From positions 64,001 through 128,000 of the IMG/VR virus record IMGVR_UViG_3300042453_003743: a stretch of 64,000 nt of DNA. One strand, given 5' to 3'. The stretch comes from a virus. Of the stretch, positions 62,368-64,000 are shown piece after piece. The first letter of the stretch is position 1; the number at the start of each line of letters is the position of its first letter. The notes beneath the pieces were generated by a model that saw only the letters and a list, made by a program, of their open reading frames with translations, ran no database searches and was not told the DNA's origin. The position numbers and the translations under genes are program-made.

Positions 62368-62554
62368 CTTTATCTACAAGTTCAACAGTTACACCAGGAA
62401 TCTTAGTAAAGTCTGCCGCATATTCGCGGGCTCTTGACCATAAACCAGGATCCATTTCTTTTACATATTCTCCAAATCGTTGGACGAAGGTCAAATAGGC
62501 TTCACTCGCCTTTAAGATATCTTCTTCCGACATTTCATCGTTATCGTCTTTCAT
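62324..62554 (-). CDS. acidic hypothetical protein
   Basis: 76-aa ORF between primase and thyX. Confidence 0.65.
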   Translation of the reverse strand: MKDDNDEMSEEDILKASEAYLTFVQRFGEYVKEMDPGLWSRAREYAADFTKIPGVTVELVDKDEEDDTDDSKRGSD

Positions 62555-62555
62555 T

Positions 62556-63539
62556 TTAAACCTTCTTCCAGTAAGTATATTTCATTTTCGCCTTAAGTCC
62601 AGAATAAACATTGTTGATTATCAACTTCATGGTAAGCTGCTCTCCGTATGCAATCACCATGTCATTAATATCCTTCTTGTTTATTTCAGACGGCCAGATT
62701 ACTACGTTTCTTCCGGCATTTATGTATCTTTCCATCAAACCAGAAATTTCTGCATTTCGTGGTTCGTTATCAAAAATAAAAACTACTTTTGAATTTGCAA
62801 TCTTTTCAGGCAGTTGTTCAAGCCATCCTGCACCTTGCATTGCTGTGCAATTTGGAATAAACATCGAATCAATCGGCCCCTCTGTTACAAACACCGTTGA
62901 GCGGGCATCTATCTTATCTAGGTTGTACCAAAGTCTTTCTTGCCCTTCTTTTTTGAGCGTGATGTACCGGATCGCTTTTTCGTCTTCAATAGCTCTTCCC
63001 TGTACCCCAATAAGCGAACCCATCTCGTTGTAGAATGGTATGACGAGTCTGGCTTCCTTAGATCCAGTTCTGTCGAAGTCTGACATGATTTTGCTGAAAT
63101 CAGCGCAGTAATAAAAATTACTATATTTGTCTTTCGGAATTTTTCTAGACTCAACATATTTTACCGCCCTATGATCTGTATTGAGTAGGTCAAGCCTTGT
63201 TCCGAGATTAGTGAAAGATGGTTCTTTGAGAATCTTCGGCTCTTCAACCATCGGTTCTGGGTTTTTTTCCTTAAACATTTCAAACGCGTATTCTTTGCAT
63301 AGTGATGGGCTAACAGACTCAAGAACCCCATATAAATTACAAGAAAACCCGCAATTGTGGCATTTGTATACATAATGTCCTTTATGCTCAAAGAAATATC
63401 CCCTTGTCTTGGATTTATTTCTCTTTGAGTCGCCACACTTAAAACAACGACATGTGGCTAGCGTTTCCTTTTTCCACTTAAATTTCTGAAGTGAACCGGA
63501 AACTAAATTGACAAACTTCTTGTCAATATATAGTGTCAT
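62556..63539 (-). CDS. DNA primase (T4 gp61-like)
   Basis: CFKCGDS...CHNCG zinc finger; RLVIPF, QGR, EGPIDS, DNEPRN and KDINDM. Confidence 0.93.
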   Translation of the reverse strand: MTLYIDKKFVNLVSGSLQKFKWKKETLATCRCFKCGDSKRNKSKTRGYFFEHKGHYVYKCHNCGFSCNLYGVLESVSPSLCKEYAFEMFKEKNPEPMVEEPKILKEPSFTNLGTRLDLLNTDHRAVKYVESRKIPKDKYSNFYYCADFSKIMSDFDRTGSKEARLVIPFYNEMGSLIGVQGRAIEDEKAIRYITLKKEGQERLWYNLDKIDARSTVFVTEGPIDSMFIPNCTAMQGAGWLEQLPEKIANSKVVFIFDNEPRNAEISGLMERYINAGRNVVIWPSEINKKDINDMVIAYGEQLTMKLIINNVYSGLKAKMKYTYWKKV

Positions 63540-64000
63540 TTTGCGCCTTCAAAAGTCCAATTTACGGCTTTATTCTTTTTCTTGGCAAATGCCGGATTGA
63601 ACGCTGCTCCGTCGTAACCCGATCCGAGTCCTTCATCATCCGTATTATTAGCATTAACAAGATTGTTATTAGAATTGTCAACATCATAAAATTTCATCTT
63701 GGATTTATTAACACCAACCAAAAATTTTCTGTTTTTAGTTGTGTCGTTACCACGATTCTTCAATTGCTTTACCATTAGATGACCAGACCCCGCAAGCTCC
63801 TCATTTTCTATGAGAGCAAAGAAAAAATCTGCTGTTTGTGGAAGACCAAAACTTTCTGAGGTATCAGTCATTTCCATATCACTGCTTTTTGCACCTTCGC
63901 GATTTACTTGTGTAGCAGTCCATAGCGGAACATTGAACTGCTTCGCAAGCCCGCGAAGCTCTTCAGCAATTCCTTTTACATAGGTATAGCTATTCATGCC
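63536..64000 (-). CDS. replicative helicase (T4 gp41-like), C-terminal part
   Basis: IAEELRGLA, TATQVNR, DTSESFGLP.TAD and VKQLKNR. Confidence 0.93.
   Translation of the reverse strand, partial: GMNSYTYVKGIAEELRGLAKQFNVPLWTATQVNREGAKSSDMEMTDTSESFGLPQTADFFFALIENEELAGSGHLMVKQLKNRGNDTTKNRKFLVGVNKSKMKFYDVDNSNNNLVNANNTDDEGLGSGYDGAAFNPAFAKKKNKAVNWTFEGAK

Overview
A 64-kb segment of a large T4-like (myovirus-type) bacteriophage genome. Evidence: gp41-like helicase (partial), gp61-like primase, ThyX, class II ribonucleotide reductase, RuvC-like and PD-(D/E)XK nucleases, GroES, GuaC, T4-type late promoters (TATAAATA/CTAAATA) and 10 tRNA genes, none with an encoded CCA. The AT-rich core surrounds a sharply more GC-rich ~12-kb early region (~17.3-29.5 kb). 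That region is built from near-consensus sigma70 promoter + leaderless-ORF cassettes. It also carries about 12 separate gene-less promoters (TTGACA-N17-TAnAAT-CTACTTGGT-like) interleaved with repeated AGTCCGATAAC, GATAGTAGT and GGACAGGAT motifs. Other highlights: a compact circularly permuted (two-piece) tmRNA encoding tag ANIKAAPMRMAA; an adjacent non-canonical tRNA-like cloverleaf; a duplicated covarying RNA motif; tRNAs abutting or overlapping ORFs; a MoxR/CobS-AAA + VWA pair with an internal leaderless start; many proteins with T4 internal-protein-like N-termini; and a glycosylation cluster next to a very Cys-rich 1285-aa protein. All calls were made by eye from the sequence and recalled motifs. 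No database search was run, and GC contrasts are visual estimates.
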